A stretch of DNA of 64,000 bases from an uncultured Pelagibacteraceae bacterium (GTDB lineage Bacteria; Pseudomonadota; Alphaproteobacteria; Pelagibacterales; Pelagibacteraceae), in contig CABXRY010000002.1 in NCBI GenBank assembly GCA_902514755.1, forward strand, positions 8,608 through 72,607. The letters are read 5' to 3'. The notes under the pieces are model-generated. The model worked only from the letters and a program-made list of their open reading frames with translations, did no database searches and was not told where the DNA came from. A program made the translations under genes and the position numbers. This document shows positions 42,567-52,984 of this stretch, piece by piece (the first letter of the stretch is position 1; every line of letters starts with the position of its first letter).

Positions 42567-43814
42567 ATGAAAATTGCTGTTATTGGTTCAGGTATATCAG
42601 GATTAAGTTCAGCCTATTATTTATCAAAAAAACATAAAGTCGATCTGTTTGAAAAACAAGATCGATTTGGAGGACATTCCTATACTCTTGATATTGCTTA
42701 TGGTGATAAGGAAAAAGTTGCAGTTGATATTGGTTTTATGGTTTTTAATAAAATCACATATCCAAATTTAATAAATTTTTTTGATGAGAATGCTGTAAAA
42801 ATTGAAAAAAGCGACATGTCATTTTCAGTTACAGTCAAAGATAGTAACATTGAATATTGTGGTAAGGGTTTAAATGGTATTTTTTCTAATCGACAAAATT
42901 TGTTTAATTTAAGATTTATCAAAATGTTTTTTGAAATTATAAATTTTTATAAAAAATGTGAAAATTTAGATATCAATAATCTAGATAAACAAATTACTCT
43001 TGGGGAATATTTAAAAAAGATAAAAAAATCAGAATTTTTTATTAACTATCATATAATTCCAATGGTTTCAGCAATATGGTCAATGCCTCCTTATGAGGCT
43101 TCTCAAATGCCAATGGTTTTTTTTCTTAATTTTTTTAAAAATCATGGATTATTCAAACTTAAAAATCGTCCACAATGGTACACAGTTTCTAATAGAAGCA
43201 AAACATATGTGAATAAAATTCTATCAAGCATAAGTGGGGAATATTTCAAGAATTATGAAATAATTAAAGTTATAAGAGAAAACAATCTGGTAAAAGTTTA
43301 TTATGGATCTGAAAATGAATTTTTTACTTATGATAAAGTAGTGCTAGCATCTCATGCAGACGAAACTATGAATATTATTTCAGATTTAAACTCTCAAGAG
43401 AGAGAAGTTTTAAGTAATTTCAAATATAGAAAAAATAAAGCAGTTATTCATTCAGATGAAACTGTTATGCCAAAAAATAGAAAAGCTTGGTGTTCATGGA
43501 ATTCATCATTAAATCCAACTAATAATCAACAATCTTCAGTTACTTATTGGCTAAATCAATTGCAAAACCTTAAAATAAACAAGAATATTTTTTTAACTAT
43601 AAATCCATTTTTCAATATCAATCCTGCTCTGATTTATAATACGATAGATTTTACGCACCCTTATTATGATGAAAAAGCTCTAAAAAATCAGTCAAAATTA
43701 AGTTCAATTCAAAATATTAACAATACTTTGTACGCGGGTAGTTATTTTGGTTACGGATTTCATGAAGATGGAATAAAATCTTCAATCGAAATGCTTAAAA
43801 CCTTAAATGATTAA
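42567..43814 (+). CDS. FAD-dependent oxidoreductase, UfaD-like fatty acyl desaturase candidate
   Basis: GSGISG, GGHSYT, VDIGFMVFNKITYPNL, KSDMSFS, WCSWN, GFHEDG. Confidence 0.75.
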   Translation: MKIAVIGSGISGLSSAYYLSKKHKVDLFEKQDRFGGHSYTLDIAYGDKEKVAVDIGFMVFNKITYPNLINFFDENAVKIEKSDMSFSVTVKDSNIEYCGKGLNGIFSNRQNLFNLRFIKMFFEIINFYKKCENLDINNLDKQITLGEYLKKIKKSEFFINYHIIPMVSAIWSMPPYEASQMPMVFFLNFFKNHGLFKLKNRPQWYTVSNRSKTYVNKILSSISGEYFKNYEIIKVIRENNLVKVYYGSENEFFTYDKVVLASHADETMNIISDLNSQEREVLSNFKYRKNKAVIHSDETVMPKNRKAWCSWNSSLNPTNNQQSSVTYWLNQLQNLKINKNIFLTINPFFNINPALIYNTIDFTHPYYDEKALKNQSKLSSIQNINNTLYAGSYFGYGFHEDGIKSSIEMLKTLND

Positions 43815-44571
43815 CTCTTCAATTTATAGTGGTCAGGTTGTTCATAAAAGATTTAAACCAAAAGTTCATTATTTTAAATATAATGTTTTTTCACTACTCA
43901 TAGAACTATCCGAATTAAATCAATTAGATAAAAAAGTTAATCTATTTTCTTATAATAAATTTAATCTAGTAAGTTTTTACGACAAGGATCATGGTGCTAG
44001 AGATGGAACTCCTTTAATTGATTGGGTAAATAAAAATTTAAAAGAAAATAAAATTTCTACAAAAAATATAAGGATTAAATTATTATGTTATCCTAGAATT
44101 CTTGGATTTGTTTTCAATCCTTTGAGTGTATTTTATGTGTATGATCAAAGTGAACAGCTTATTGCAATACTGTATGAAGTGAAAAATACATTTGGTGAAC
44201 AACATACTTATATATTTAGAGTTGAGAAAGATAATAATTTAATTCAAAATAATTGTTCAAAAAAATTCCATGTATCTCCTTTCATTGAAATGAAATGCAA
44301 TTATTTTTTTAGAATATTAAAACCAGGAAATAAAATATCAGTTATTATTGATCAATATGACAGCGAAGGTAAGATTTTATTTGCTTCTCAAGATGGTGTA
44401 AGAACTGATTTAAACTCAAAGTATTTGCTTAAGTCATACATAAAACATCCAATAATGACCTTTAAAATTATATTAGCGATACATTATGAGGCGTTTAAAT
44501 TATGGACAAAAGGAATTAAATTCATCAAAAAAAATATAAAAATTAAAAACAATATTACAATTGAGAATTGA
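43807..44571 (+). CDS. DUF1365 protein (UfaO-like)
   Basis: HKRFKP..HYFKY, PRILGFVFNPLS, YEVKNTFGEQH, KKFHVSPF, IHYEAFKLW. Confidence 0.85.
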   Translation: MINSSIYSGQVVHKRFKPKVHYFKYNVFSLLIELSELNQLDKKVNLFSYNKFNLVSFYDKDHGARDGTPLIDWVNKNLKENKISTKNIRIKLLCYPRILGFVFNPLSVFYVYDQSEQLIAILYEVKNTFGEQHTYIFRVEKDNNLIQNNCSKKFHVSPFIEMKCNYFFRILKPGNKISVIIDQYDSEGKILFASQDGVRTDLNSKYLLKSYIKHPIMTFKIILAIHYEAFKLWTKGIKFIKKNIKIKNNITIEN

Positions 44572-45749
44572 TGATTTTATATACTATAGCAGATAAAATA
44601 GTTTTTAGTATTCTCAATAAAGTTATTTATGGTTACTTAGAAATAACAACTTTTTCTGGTCAACTTTTAAAGTTTGGTAATCCAGATCAAAAATTAAAAG
44701 TCACTTTAAAAATTAAAAATCCAGCATTAAATTTTAACTTAATAAAAGGAGGGAGTGTAGGATTTGCTGAAAGTTATATGCGAGATGAATTTGAAACTGA
44801 TAATTTATCAAACTTAATCGAATTTACAGCTAGGAATATAAACATAGTACATAAATTTGCCGGAATATTAGATCTTAAATTCCTTAACTTTATTAAAAAT
44901 AAATTTGTGAAAAATACAAAAAGTAGAAGTAAAGAAAATATCGCAAAACATTATGATCTCGGTAATGATTTTTTTTCTTTATGGTTAGACGAAACACTCA
45001 CTTATTCTAGTGCCATATTTGATGAACAAACTAAAAATCTGTCTGAGGCACAAAATAATAAATATCAAAAACTAATTAATCTAATTCAACCTAATATTGG
45101 AGATCGTGTTTTGGAGATTGGTTGTGGATGGGGTGGTTTCGCAGAATATTGTGGTAAAAATTACGATATTAAATTGGATTGTATAACAATTTCAAAAAAG
45201 CAATTTGAGTATGCTAAAGAGCGAATTCATAATTGTGGGTTAAATGAAAAAGTAAACATTGAAATTAAAGATTATCGAGACTTAAAAGGTAAATATAATT
45301 CAATCGCATCGATTGAGATGATAGAGGCGGTTGGACAAAATTACTTAGAAAGTTATTTTCAAACATTGAAAAATAATTTAGCTGATGGAGGCAACGCAGG
45401 CATTCAAGCTATTACAATAGATGATAGTTTATTTGATCGATACAAAAATAAACAAGATTTTATTCAAAAATATATCTTTCCCGGGGGTTTTTTGCCTAAT
45501 AAAAATACTATTAATAAATTAGTTTCTAAAAACGGATTAACTGTTAACTCATATATTTCATATGCTGACCATTATGCAGATACACTTGCGATTTGGAAAA
45601 AAGAATTTAATAAAAAATGGGATATGATTAAAAATCAAGGTTTTGATTTAACATTTAAGAGAATGTGGGAATTTTATCTCTCATATTGTGAGGCTGGATT
45701 TAAATCAAAAAATATTGATTTAATCCAATTTTCAGTTCAAAACAAATAA
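44571..45749 (+). CDS. Cyclopropane-fatty-acyl-phospholipid synthase family methyltransferase (UfaM-like)
   Basis: NIAKHYDLGNDFF, LEIGCGWG, SIEMIEAVG, FIQKYIFPGG, WEFYLSYCEAGF; TGATG overlap with the upstream gene. Confidence 0.88.
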   Translation: MILYTIADKIVFSILNKVIYGYLEITTFSGQLLKFGNPDQKLKVTLKIKNPALNFNLIKGGSVGFAESYMRDEFETDNLSNLIEFTARNINIVHKFAGILDLKFLNFIKNKFVKNTKSRSKENIAKHYDLGNDFFSLWLDETLTYSSAIFDEQTKNLSEAQNNKYQKLINLIQPNIGDRVLEIGCGWGGFAEYCGKNYDIKLDCITISKKQFEYAKERIHNCGLNEKVNIEIKDYRDLKGKYNSIASIEMIEAVGQNYLESYFQTLKNNLADGGNAGIQAITIDDSLFDRYKNKQDFIQKYIFPGGFLPNKNTINKLVSKNGLTVNSYISYADHYADTLAIWKKEFNKKWDMIKNQGFDLTFKRMWEFYLSYCEAGFKSKNIDLIQFSVQNK

Positions 45750-45768
45750 CGGATATATTGGAGTTTTG

Positions 45769-46317
45769 ATGCGTCATATAAAAATTGTTAACTCTATTTT
45801 ATTGATAATATTACTGTTCTTAATTACAAGTTGTTCAAATAACAGCACAATGAAACCGGAAGATTTTAAAAACAAAGAACCAAGACTTATAATAGAGGAG
45901 TATTTAACAGGAAATGTTAAGGCTTGGGGTGTTTTACAAAATCGTTCAGGAAAAGTTATCAGACAATTTTCAGCAGATTTGGATGGATCGTGGGATGGTA
46001 AACAATTAATTTTAAAAGAAAAATTTAATTGGGATGATGGAGAGGTTCAAAATAGAGAATGGACTATCACCAAAATTGATGAAAATAATTATGAAGGTAC
46101 AGCTGGAGATGTTGTTGGTAAAGCGATTGGATATTCTTATGGACCAGCATTTAAATTTGAGTATGTATTGTTGGTTCCAGTTAAAGGCAAAGAAATGAAA
46201 ATTTCTTTTGATGATTGGATTTTTAAACAAGATGAAAGAGTTGCTATTAATCGAGCAACAATGACAAAGTTTGGATTTAAAGTTGCAGAACTAACAGTAG
46301 TTTTTGTTAAAGATTAA
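45769..46317 (+). CDS. DUF3833-like lipoprotein
   Basis: Lipobox LITSC, GNVKAWG, YEGTAGDVVG, FDDWIF, KFGFKV. Confidence 0.75.
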   Translation: MRHIKIVNSILLIILLFLITSCSNNSTMKPEDFKNKEPRLIIEEYLTGNVKAWGVLQNRSGKVIRQFSADLDGSWDGKQLILKEKFNWDDGEVQNREWTITKIDENNYEGTAGDVVGKAIGYSYGPAFKFEYVLLVPVKGKEMKISFDDWIFKQDERVAINRATMTKFGFKVAELTVVFVKD

Positions 46318-47079
46318 TTAGTAATTTATTTTTTTCATTCCTTTAGAAACTAGTTTAAAATATATACTGCTTGGAAGTATCTGTAAAAATTTAAGGAAAT
46401 AAGTAAAAGCTTTTGGAAAATGTATTTCAAATGATTTTTTTTTAGTTAGACCTGTAAATATTTCATTTGCAGCAAATTCAGGTGATTTGATCATTGGCAT
46501 AGGAAAATCATTCTGATCTGTCATTGGAGTCTTTATAAAACCAGGGCTTATAAGTGAAACTTTTACATTTTTCATTTGCATATCAAAATTCAAACTTTCT
46601 GCATAGCTTGTAAGTGCTGCTTTTGAAGCACAATATGCACCAGCTGCTGGTAATCCTCTATATCCTGCTACAGAAGAAATTATAGAAATTTGACCATTTT
46701 TCTTTTCAGAAAAGTATTCATATATCGAATTTATTGAGTTCATTGTTCCAAAATAATTAACCTCCATTATTTCTCTAATTTTATTTAGATTAAATCTTTT
46801 TTCTGATTTTGGATCATGCATACCCGTACCAAATACACAGATATCTATACCCCCAAATTTTTCAATTATTTTATTTGCAACTAATTTACAATTTTCAATC
46901 TCTGTAACATCTAATGGAAAAGAATAAATATTTTGGTTAAATTTGTTAAGGTCTTCTAATAGACCTTCACGTCTAGCAGAAGCCGCAACTGTCCATCCTT
47001 TTTCAGCAAATTTAATTGCAAGTGCTTTTCCAATTCCACTACTAGCACCCGTAATCCAAATAATTTTTTTTTCTTTCAT
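46318..47079 (-). CDS. Short-chain dehydrogenase/reductase
   Basis: TGASSGIG, YCASK, PGFIKTPMT. Confidence 0.9.
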   Translation of the reverse strand: MKEKKIIWITGASSGIGKALAIKFAEKGWTVAASARREGLLEDLNKFNQNIYSFPLDVTEIENCKLVANKIIEKFGGIDICVFGTGMHDPKSEKRFNLNKIREIMEVNYFGTMNSINSIYEYFSEKKNGQISIISSVAGYRGLPAAGAYCASKAALTSYAESLNFDMQMKNVKVSLISPGFIKTPMTDQNDFPMPMIKSPEFAANEIFTGLTKKKSFEIHFPKAFTYFLKFLQILPSSIYFKLVSKGMKKINY

Positions 47080-47100
47080 AATTTATTGTATAATAGATAA

Positions 47101-47568
47101 GTGTTAAAAAACAAATTCTTATCCTTTACTTTATTTATATTAATTACCTATTCAGCATCTGCTATAGGAGGTTTTGCTACTATCAGTTTCAAGGAACCTT
47201 GGTATTCTCAATTAATTAAACCATCGTTTAATCCACCTGATTGGATTTTTGCACCTGTTTGGACAACACTGTATTTAATGATGACAATAGCAATTTGGTT
47301 TTTTTGGCATTCAAAAAACAGAAATATGAATACTGTTTATATTTATTTTATTCATTTAATCTTTAATACAACTTGGAGTATAATATTTTTTGTATTCCAC
47401 AATATTCTCTTAGCGCTAATAGTATTAATTATATTAATCATATTAATAATAACTCTCATTATAAGGTTTAAACGTGTCAATCTGCTTAGCGCTTATTTAA
47501 TGATTCCATATTTACTTTGGTGTTGCTTTGCATTAATTCTCAATGGGAGTTTATTAATATTAAATTAA
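47101..47568 (+). CDS. tspO: TspO/MBR tryptophan-rich sensory protein
   Basis: WYSQLIKPSFNPPDWIFAPVWTTLY, LMIPYLLW..FALILN; GTG start. Confidence 0.92.
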   Translation: MLKNKFLSFTLFILITYSASAIGGFATISFKEPWYSQLIKPSFNPPDWIFAPVWTTLYLMMTIAIWFFWHSKNRNMNTVYIYFIHLIFNTTWSIIFFVFHNILLALIVLIILIILIITLIIRFKRVNLLSAYLMIPYLLWCCFALILNGSLLILN

Positions 47569-47570
47569 TT

Positions 47571-48674
47571 ATGGATGATGTAGTAATTATTGGTGGTGGA
47601 ATAATCGGTACAGCAACTGCTTACTTTTTATCAAAAGAAGGAAGAAAAGTTAAAGTAATAGAAAGAGATCCCACATATAAAACTGCTTCTTTCCCGTTAT
47701 CATTAGGTGGATTTAGAAGACAATTTTTTCAAAAAGAAAATATTCTTTTAGGTAAATTTGCTAGAGATTTTATCTTTAAAATTCCTGAAGTTTTAAAAAC
47801 AGAAAAAAATCCTAATCCTACTGCTAGCATGGTAACTAATGGCTATTTATTAATGTTTGGTCCAGAGCATGCAGAAGAACAATACAGAGCTCTTGAAAAT
47901 CATAAAGAGTGCGATGCAGGTACAAAAAATATTAAAGGTTCTGAGTTATCAAATGTTTTTTCATATATTAACAGTGATGGAATTGAGACAGCTACTTATA
48001 CAGACAATCAAAGTGAAGGTTGGATTGATCCATTCATGTTTCATGGAGCATTAAAAAGTAAAGCTATAGAGTTAGGAGCTGAATTTATTAAAGGAGAAGT
48101 TAAAAGTATCTCAGAAATCAAAGCTAATACCATAATATCTGCCGCTGGATGTTGGACTAAAAAGTTGCTCGATGATATTCCTGTTGTACCCCAAAAACAT
48201 ACTGTTTTTAGAGTTAAGTGCCCAAAATATATAAAAGAAATGCCTTTAACTGGTGATTTAACCACTGGAGTTTATTGGAGACCGGAAGGAGGAGAGTATC
48301 TTGCAGGATCACCACATTCAGTATTTGATGCAGAAGATTTAGAACCAGCTTGGAATGATTTTGAGGAATTAGTTTGGCCAGCATTGGCTAACAGAATACC
48401 AGCATTTGAAGAATTAAAATTAACTGGTGGTTGGGCAGGTTATTATGACTGCAATATACTAGATAATAATGCAGTCGTAGGTAAACATCCTAAATATGAC
48501 AATGTATATATGGCTTCAGGTTTCACAGGAAGAGGTTTAATGCAAGCACCTGGAATTGGAAGAGCTTTAACAGAATTAATAACTACTGGCTCATATCAAA
48601 CAATTGATATAAGCGATTTTGCAGTTGAAAGAGTGCTTGGTAACAGCGCTAGACCCGAACCTTACGTTTTATAG
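47571..48674 (+). CDS. FAD-dependent amine oxidoreductase (DAO/sarcosine oxidase beta-like)
   Basis: DVVIIGGGIIG, SLGGFRRQF, EGWIDP, WAGYYD, GFTGRGLMQAP. Start moved to ATG 47571. Confidence 0.82.
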   Translation: MDDVVIIGGGIIGTATAYFLSKEGRKVKVIERDPTYKTASFPLSLGGFRRQFFQKENILLGKFARDFIFKIPEVLKTEKNPNPTASMVTNGYLLMFGPEHAEEQYRALENHKECDAGTKNIKGSELSNVFSYINSDGIETATYTDNQSEGWIDPFMFHGALKSKAIELGAEFIKGEVKSISEIKANTIISAAGCWTKKLLDDIPVVPQKHTVFRVKCPKYIKEMPLTGDLTTGVYWRPEGGEYLAGSPHSVFDAEDLEPAWNDFEELVWPALANRIPAFEELKLTGGWAGYYDCNILDNNAVVGKHPKYDNVYMASGFTGRGLMQAPGIGRALTELITTGSYQTIDISDFAVERVLGNSARPEPYVL

Positions 48675-48676
48675 AA

Positions 48677-50146
48677 TTAAGTCCCACAATAAGTTTGATA
48701 ATTATTATTCGAAGATGGAGATTGGAATTCATTAATATTTTGTAGATTATCGTATGGATTTTTTAAAATGGATATTAAGTTATTCAAATTATCTAAATTA
48801 TTTTCATTTGCAGCTAATAGTGCTTCTTCAACTTTATGATTTCTTGGAATTACAATTGGATTAGTATTTTTCATTAGTTTTAAAGATTTTTCAATAGAGC
48901 CATTATTAATCAAAACTCTATTTTTCCAATTTTTAATCCATGTTAAAAATTCTTGATCTTTATAGATTTCATTATTTATAAAATCATTGTCCATTAAGTA
49001 ACAAAAGGTATTTGTATAGTCTGCTTTATTTTGTTTCATCCAATTAAGCAAATCTTCAATGATTTTTTTATCACTTTTATCTTCTCCAAAAAAACCAAGC
49101 TTGTCTCTCATCATGTTTAACCATTTCTCTTCATAAATATTTTGAAAATTATTAATAGTTTCGCTTGCTATTTTAATTGCTGTGTCTTCATTTTTATCGA
49201 TTAGTGGTATGAGACATTCAGCAAATCTAGCTAGATTCCATTTAGTTATTGGTGGTTGGTTTGAGAATGAATATCTTCCAAATCTATCTATTGAACTAAA
49301 TACTGTTTTTGGATCATAATGATCCATAAATGCACAAGGACCATAATCAATAGTCTCTCCTGAGATAGTCATATTATCTGTATTCATTACACCATGAATA
49401 AAACCTACTCGCATCCAGTTAACAACTAGCTGACATTGTTTTTCCATTACAAGATTTAAAAGATCTAATGCTTTATTATTAGAAGTTTGAATTTCTGGGT
49501 AATGTCTTTGAATTGTATAATCAACTAAAGTATTCAAATCATCTATATTTTGCTTTGCAGCTATATATTGAAAAGTACCAACACGAATATGACTTGAAGC
49601 AACCCGTGTTAATATCGCCCCAGGTAATAAATCTTCTCTAACAACTTTTTCTCCAGTACTAATTACAGCTAAACTTCTTGTGGTTGGAATATTTAATGCA
49701 TGTATAGCCTCACTAATAATATATTCTCTAAGCATTGGTCCTAATACGGCACGTCCATCACCACTTCTAGAGAATGATGTTTTTCCAGACCCTTTAAATT
49801 GGATATCAAAACGTTTGTTTTTATTGACCAAATGCTCACCTAACAGGACGGCTCTTCCATCCCCCAGCATAGTAAAATGTCCAAATTGATGACCTGCATA
49901 AGCTTGAGCTATTGTGTGAGCACCTTTAGGTAATAAATTACCAGAAAAAAGTTTCGCTAATTCTTTTTTATCTGTTTTTGAAAAATCCAATTTTAGATTT
50001 TTGGCTAATTCTTCATTTATTATTACTAACTCAGGATCATTAACTGGTGTTGGTTTAATATCTTCTTTAAATGTATTAGATAATTTTGAATAGGTATTAT
50101 CAAAGCACCATTTAATTTTACTTTTATTTAAACTAAGTTTATCCAT
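48677..50146 (-). CDS. selO: Protein adenylyltransferase SelO (YdiU family)
   Basis: AQAYAGHQFG...LGDGRA, KGSGKT.FSR.GDGRA, HGVMNTDN, DYGP, C-terminal TYCGT. Confidence 0.92.
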   Translation of the reverse strand: MDKLSLNKSKIKWCFDNTYSKLSNTFKEDIKPTPVNDPELVIINEELAKNLKLDFSKTDKKELAKLFSGNLLPKGAHTIAQAYAGHQFGHFTMLGDGRAVLLGEHLVNKNKRFDIQFKGSGKTSFSRSGDGRAVLGPMLREYIISEAIHALNIPTTRSLAVISTGEKVVREDLLPGAILTRVASSHIRVGTFQYIAAKQNIDDLNTLVDYTIQRHYPEIQTSNNKALDLLNLVMEKQCQLVVNWMRVGFIHGVMNTDNMTISGETIDYGPCAFMDHYDPKTVFSSIDRFGRYSFSNQPPITKWNLARFAECLIPLIDKNEDTAIKIASETINNFQNIYEEKWLNMMRDKLGFFGEDKSDKKIIEDLLNWMKQNKADYTNTFCYLMDNDFINNEIYKDQEFLTWIKNWKNRVLINNGSIEKSLKLMKNTNPIVIPRNHKVEEALLAANENNLDNLNNLISILKNPYDNLQNINEFQSPSSNNNYQTYCGT

Positions 50147-50185
50147 AAAAAAAAGCAGCTTATATATTTATAAACTGCTTTTTTT
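50147..50185 (-). terminator. Terminator after formate dehydrogenase (symmetric A/T tracts)
   Basis: aaaaaaaagcag...ctgcttttttt. Confidence 0.7.
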
Positions 50186-50195
50186 AATTTAAGTA

Positions 50196-51392
50196 TTATT
50201 TTTTGTATTTTGCAGCTTCTTCAGAACCTCCAGTTGCTGTTCCTTTACTGTATGAATGAGCACCCATGCCTGCTAGTTCTCCATTTTGTACAATTAAGTA
50301 TTGATTTCGAATCTCTTTTTTTTCAAAAAAACACTCTAGAATTTCTCTTACACCATCAGCATATCTTGTTTGAGCTGAAAGTGAAGTTCCTGAGGTGTGA
50401 GGAGTCATTCCATGATTGGGCATTGATCTCCAAACATGATCATTAGGAGCTGGTTGAGGAAACCATACATCGCCCGCATAACCACTTAGTTGTCCTGATT
50501 TGAGAGCTGCTGCAATTGCTTCTCTATTACAAATCTTACCTCTTGCAGTATTAACAATGTAAGCTCCTTTTTTCATCTTATTAATCATTGTCTCATCAAA
50601 AAGATTTTCAGTTTCAGGGTGTAATGGGCAGTTAATAGTTACTACGTCACAAACTTTAACCATAGACTCTACAGTTTCATGAAAAGTTAAGTTCAATTCT
50701 TTTTCTACAGCTTCAGGTAATCTATGTCTATCAAAGTAGTGAAGATGAACATCAAATGGTTTCATTTTTCTTAAAGCATCTAAACCTATTCTACCAGCTG
50801 CCACAGTTCCAATGTGCATACCCTCAACATCATATGATCTTTGTACTGCATCTGCAATATTCCATCCACCAGAATTAACTATAGCATGTTGAGTGTGATA
50901 GTCTCTTACCATTGATACAATCATCATTACTATATGTTCAGCTACAGATCTTGAATTACAGTAAGTTACCTCAACAACATCTACTTTTTTATCCATTGCT
51001 GCTTGTAAATCAACATGGTCTGAACCTATACCAGCTGTAATTGCCATTTTTAAGTTTGGAGCTGTATCCATTTTTTCTTTTGTTAAATAATATGGAAAGA
51101 ATGGTTGAGATATAACTATATCAGCATCCACTAATTCCTTATCTGCAGTACATCCATCTCCATCTTTATCTGAAGTGACAACCAACTCATGTCCATTGCT
51201 TTCCAAAAATTTTCTCAAACCTAATTCACCTGATACACAACCCAATAAGTCTCCAGGATTAAAATCTCTACCTTTAGGTGATGGCAAACTCATCCCATCA
51301 GGATATTTTTCCAATTTAGGAAGCTCAGATAGCGGGTAAGATCTAGGCATCCCACTTTTTGGATCATCATATAACACACATAATATTTTCAT
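50196..51392 (-). CDS. NAD-dependent, metal-independent formate dehydrogenase
   Basis: LLGCVSGELGLR, AITAGIGSDHVDL, AAGRIG, YFDRH (NAD-type Asp), GDVWFPQPAP, TPHTSG. Confidence 0.95.
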   Translation of the reverse strand: MKILCVLYDDPKSGMPRSYPLSELPKLEKYPDGMSLPSPKGRDFNPGDLLGCVSGELGLRKFLESNGHELVVTSDKDGDGCTADKELVDADIVISQPFFPYYLTKEKMDTAPNLKMAITAGIGSDHVDLQAAMDKKVDVVEVTYCNSRSVAEHIVMMIVSMVRDYHTQHAIVNSGGWNIADAVQRSYDVEGMHIGTVAAGRIGLDALRKMKPFDVHLHYFDRHRLPEAVEKELNLTFHETVESMVKVCDVVTINCPLHPETENLFDETMINKMKKGAYIVNTARGKICNREAIAAALKSGQLSGYAGDVWFPQPAPNDHVWRSMPNHGMTPHTSGTSLSAQTRYADGVREILECFFEKKEIRNQYLIVQNGELAGMGAHSYSKGTATGGSEEAAKYKK

Positions 51393-51476
51393 TATTTCTC
51401 CAATTTAATAATTTTATTAATTTTTTTGGCTATCTAACACACTAATTGAGTTGCAAGCAAACGATTATTCTTAATT

Positions 51477-51929
51477 TTAAGTATTTTTTTTAAGTATTAT
51501 TCGATTAATTATTAGACCAAAAATTATAATTATTATCGATCCAAACATGACTGGAGTAAATAAATAGTCATAAGAAACACTTCCAATTATAACAATTATA
51601 GGATTACCACCTGCAGGTGGATGCGTAACGTTAAATAAAATCATTAACCCAACTCCAAATCCAACAGCTAAAGGAATTATAATATATAATGGCAAGGGAA
51701 CAAAATTTAAAAATATGATTCCAACTAAAGATGTTATTAAATGTCCAAAAAAAATATTTTTAGGTTGAGCAAATGGACTTTCTGGATAACCAAATATTAA
51801 AACCATAGAAGATCCGAAAGAGGCTATTAAAAAAACTCCATACTCAGTTTTGTAAGTTAAAATAGTTAGTACACTTATGGTAATCATTGAAAATAAAGCA
51901 GCAATAAGTGATTGTTTTATATTTCTCAT
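51477..51929 (-). CDS. HPP-family membrane protein
   Basis: ASFGSSMVLIFG.PESPFAQP, THPPAG. Confidence 0.9.
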   Translation of the reverse strand: MRNIKQSLIAALFSMITISVLTILTYKTEYGVFLIASFGSSMVLIFGYPESPFAQPKNIFFGHLITSLVGIIFLNFVPLPLYIIIPLAVGFGVGLMILFNVTHPPAGGNPIIVIIGSVSYDYLFTPVMFGSIIIIIFGLIINRIILKKNT

Positions 51930-51933
51930 AATT

Positions 51934-52332
51934 TTAACTTTTTAATAATTTTTTTAATGCTTTAAAAGGTAACAATATACATTCTTTACGCTGAAAATGA
52001 TTTTTATTAAATAATTTTTTTATAAAATTATATTTTTGTTCTCTAATTATCTCATTTCCTTCAAAGAACAAATTTGCATGATCACATAGTTTATTAATTT
52101 TGTTTTTACTTTTGTTAGTTGATATCTTCGAAAGTAAGCTTGCAGATGCTTGGCAATAAATACAAGATCTTTCCTGATATCCAAAATTTACTATTTTGTC
52201 TTTTTTAATAACTAATTTTATTTGAATTTCATCTCCACATAAAGGATTTTTTAATCTAGAAAAATGAGTATGATTTTCAATATTTTTATTATTTTTAGTG
52301 TCTGAAGCTATTTTAAGTATTTCTAAATCCAT
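51934..52332 (-). CDS. IscU/SufU (NifU N-terminal)-like protein
   Basis: NPLCGDEI, SCIYCQASAS, RKECILLP. Confidence 0.75.
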   Translation of the reverse strand: MDLEILKIASDTKNNKNIENHTHFSRLKNPLCGDEIQIKLVIKKDKIVNFGYQERSCIYCQASASLLSKISTNKSKNKINKLCDHANLFFEGNEIIREQKYNFIKKLFNKNHFQRKECILLPFKALKKLLKS

Positions 52333-52375
52333 TATATTTCTTTAATTCAAATCTGAATGTTTTATATTTTGATGC

Positions 52376-52984
52376 ATGAACCATAGCAATATTTTAGGCG
52401 TTGTACTAGCAGGCGGAAAGTCTCAAAGGTTTGGTGAAGACAAATGCCAGGTTAAATTAGGGGATAAATTGTTAATAAATTATATTTTATCAGAAATTAT
52501 TGATGAATTTAAAGATATATTATTAATCTCAAATAATAAAATTAAATATAATCATTCAAATAAAATATCATTAGTTAAAGATTTAAAGAAGGGACTTGGT
52601 CCTTTAGGAGGTATTTTAACTGCCATGAAATGGATTAAGAAAAACAATGAAAGTTATAAATGGATTTTAACTTTTCCATCAGACACACCTTTTTTTAAAA
52701 AACAACATTTAAATAATTTTCTAGAAGAAATTAGAAGTTATGAAGGTCAACTTTTTTTTATAAATTCTAATGATACTAGACATAATATATTTGGACTTTG
52801 GTCTATTGATTTACTAGATAGATTAGAAAAAGATTTAGATAATGGTGAAAGAAAAGTTGAAATGTGGGCCAATAAAATTGGTGGAAAGTCAATTAATATG
52901 AAGTTTGAAAATAAAGATCCTTTTTTCAATATTAATACTAAAGAAGATTTAATAAAAGCTGAAGAATATTTAGAGAATGATTAG
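52376..52984 (+). CDS. mobA: Molybdenum cofactor guanylyltransferase
   Basis: LAGGKSQRFGEDK, GPLGGI, SDTPF, FFNINT.EDL. Confidence 0.9.
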   Translation: MNHSNILGVVLAGGKSQRFGEDKCQVKLGDKLLINYILSEIIDEFKDILLISNNKIKYNHSNKISLVKDLKKGLGPLGGILTAMKWIKKNNESYKWILTFPSDTPFFKKQHLNNFLEEIRSYEGQLFFINSNDTRHNIFGLWSIDLLDRLEKDLDNGERKVEMWANKIGGKSINMKFENKDPFFNINTKEDLIKAEEYLEND

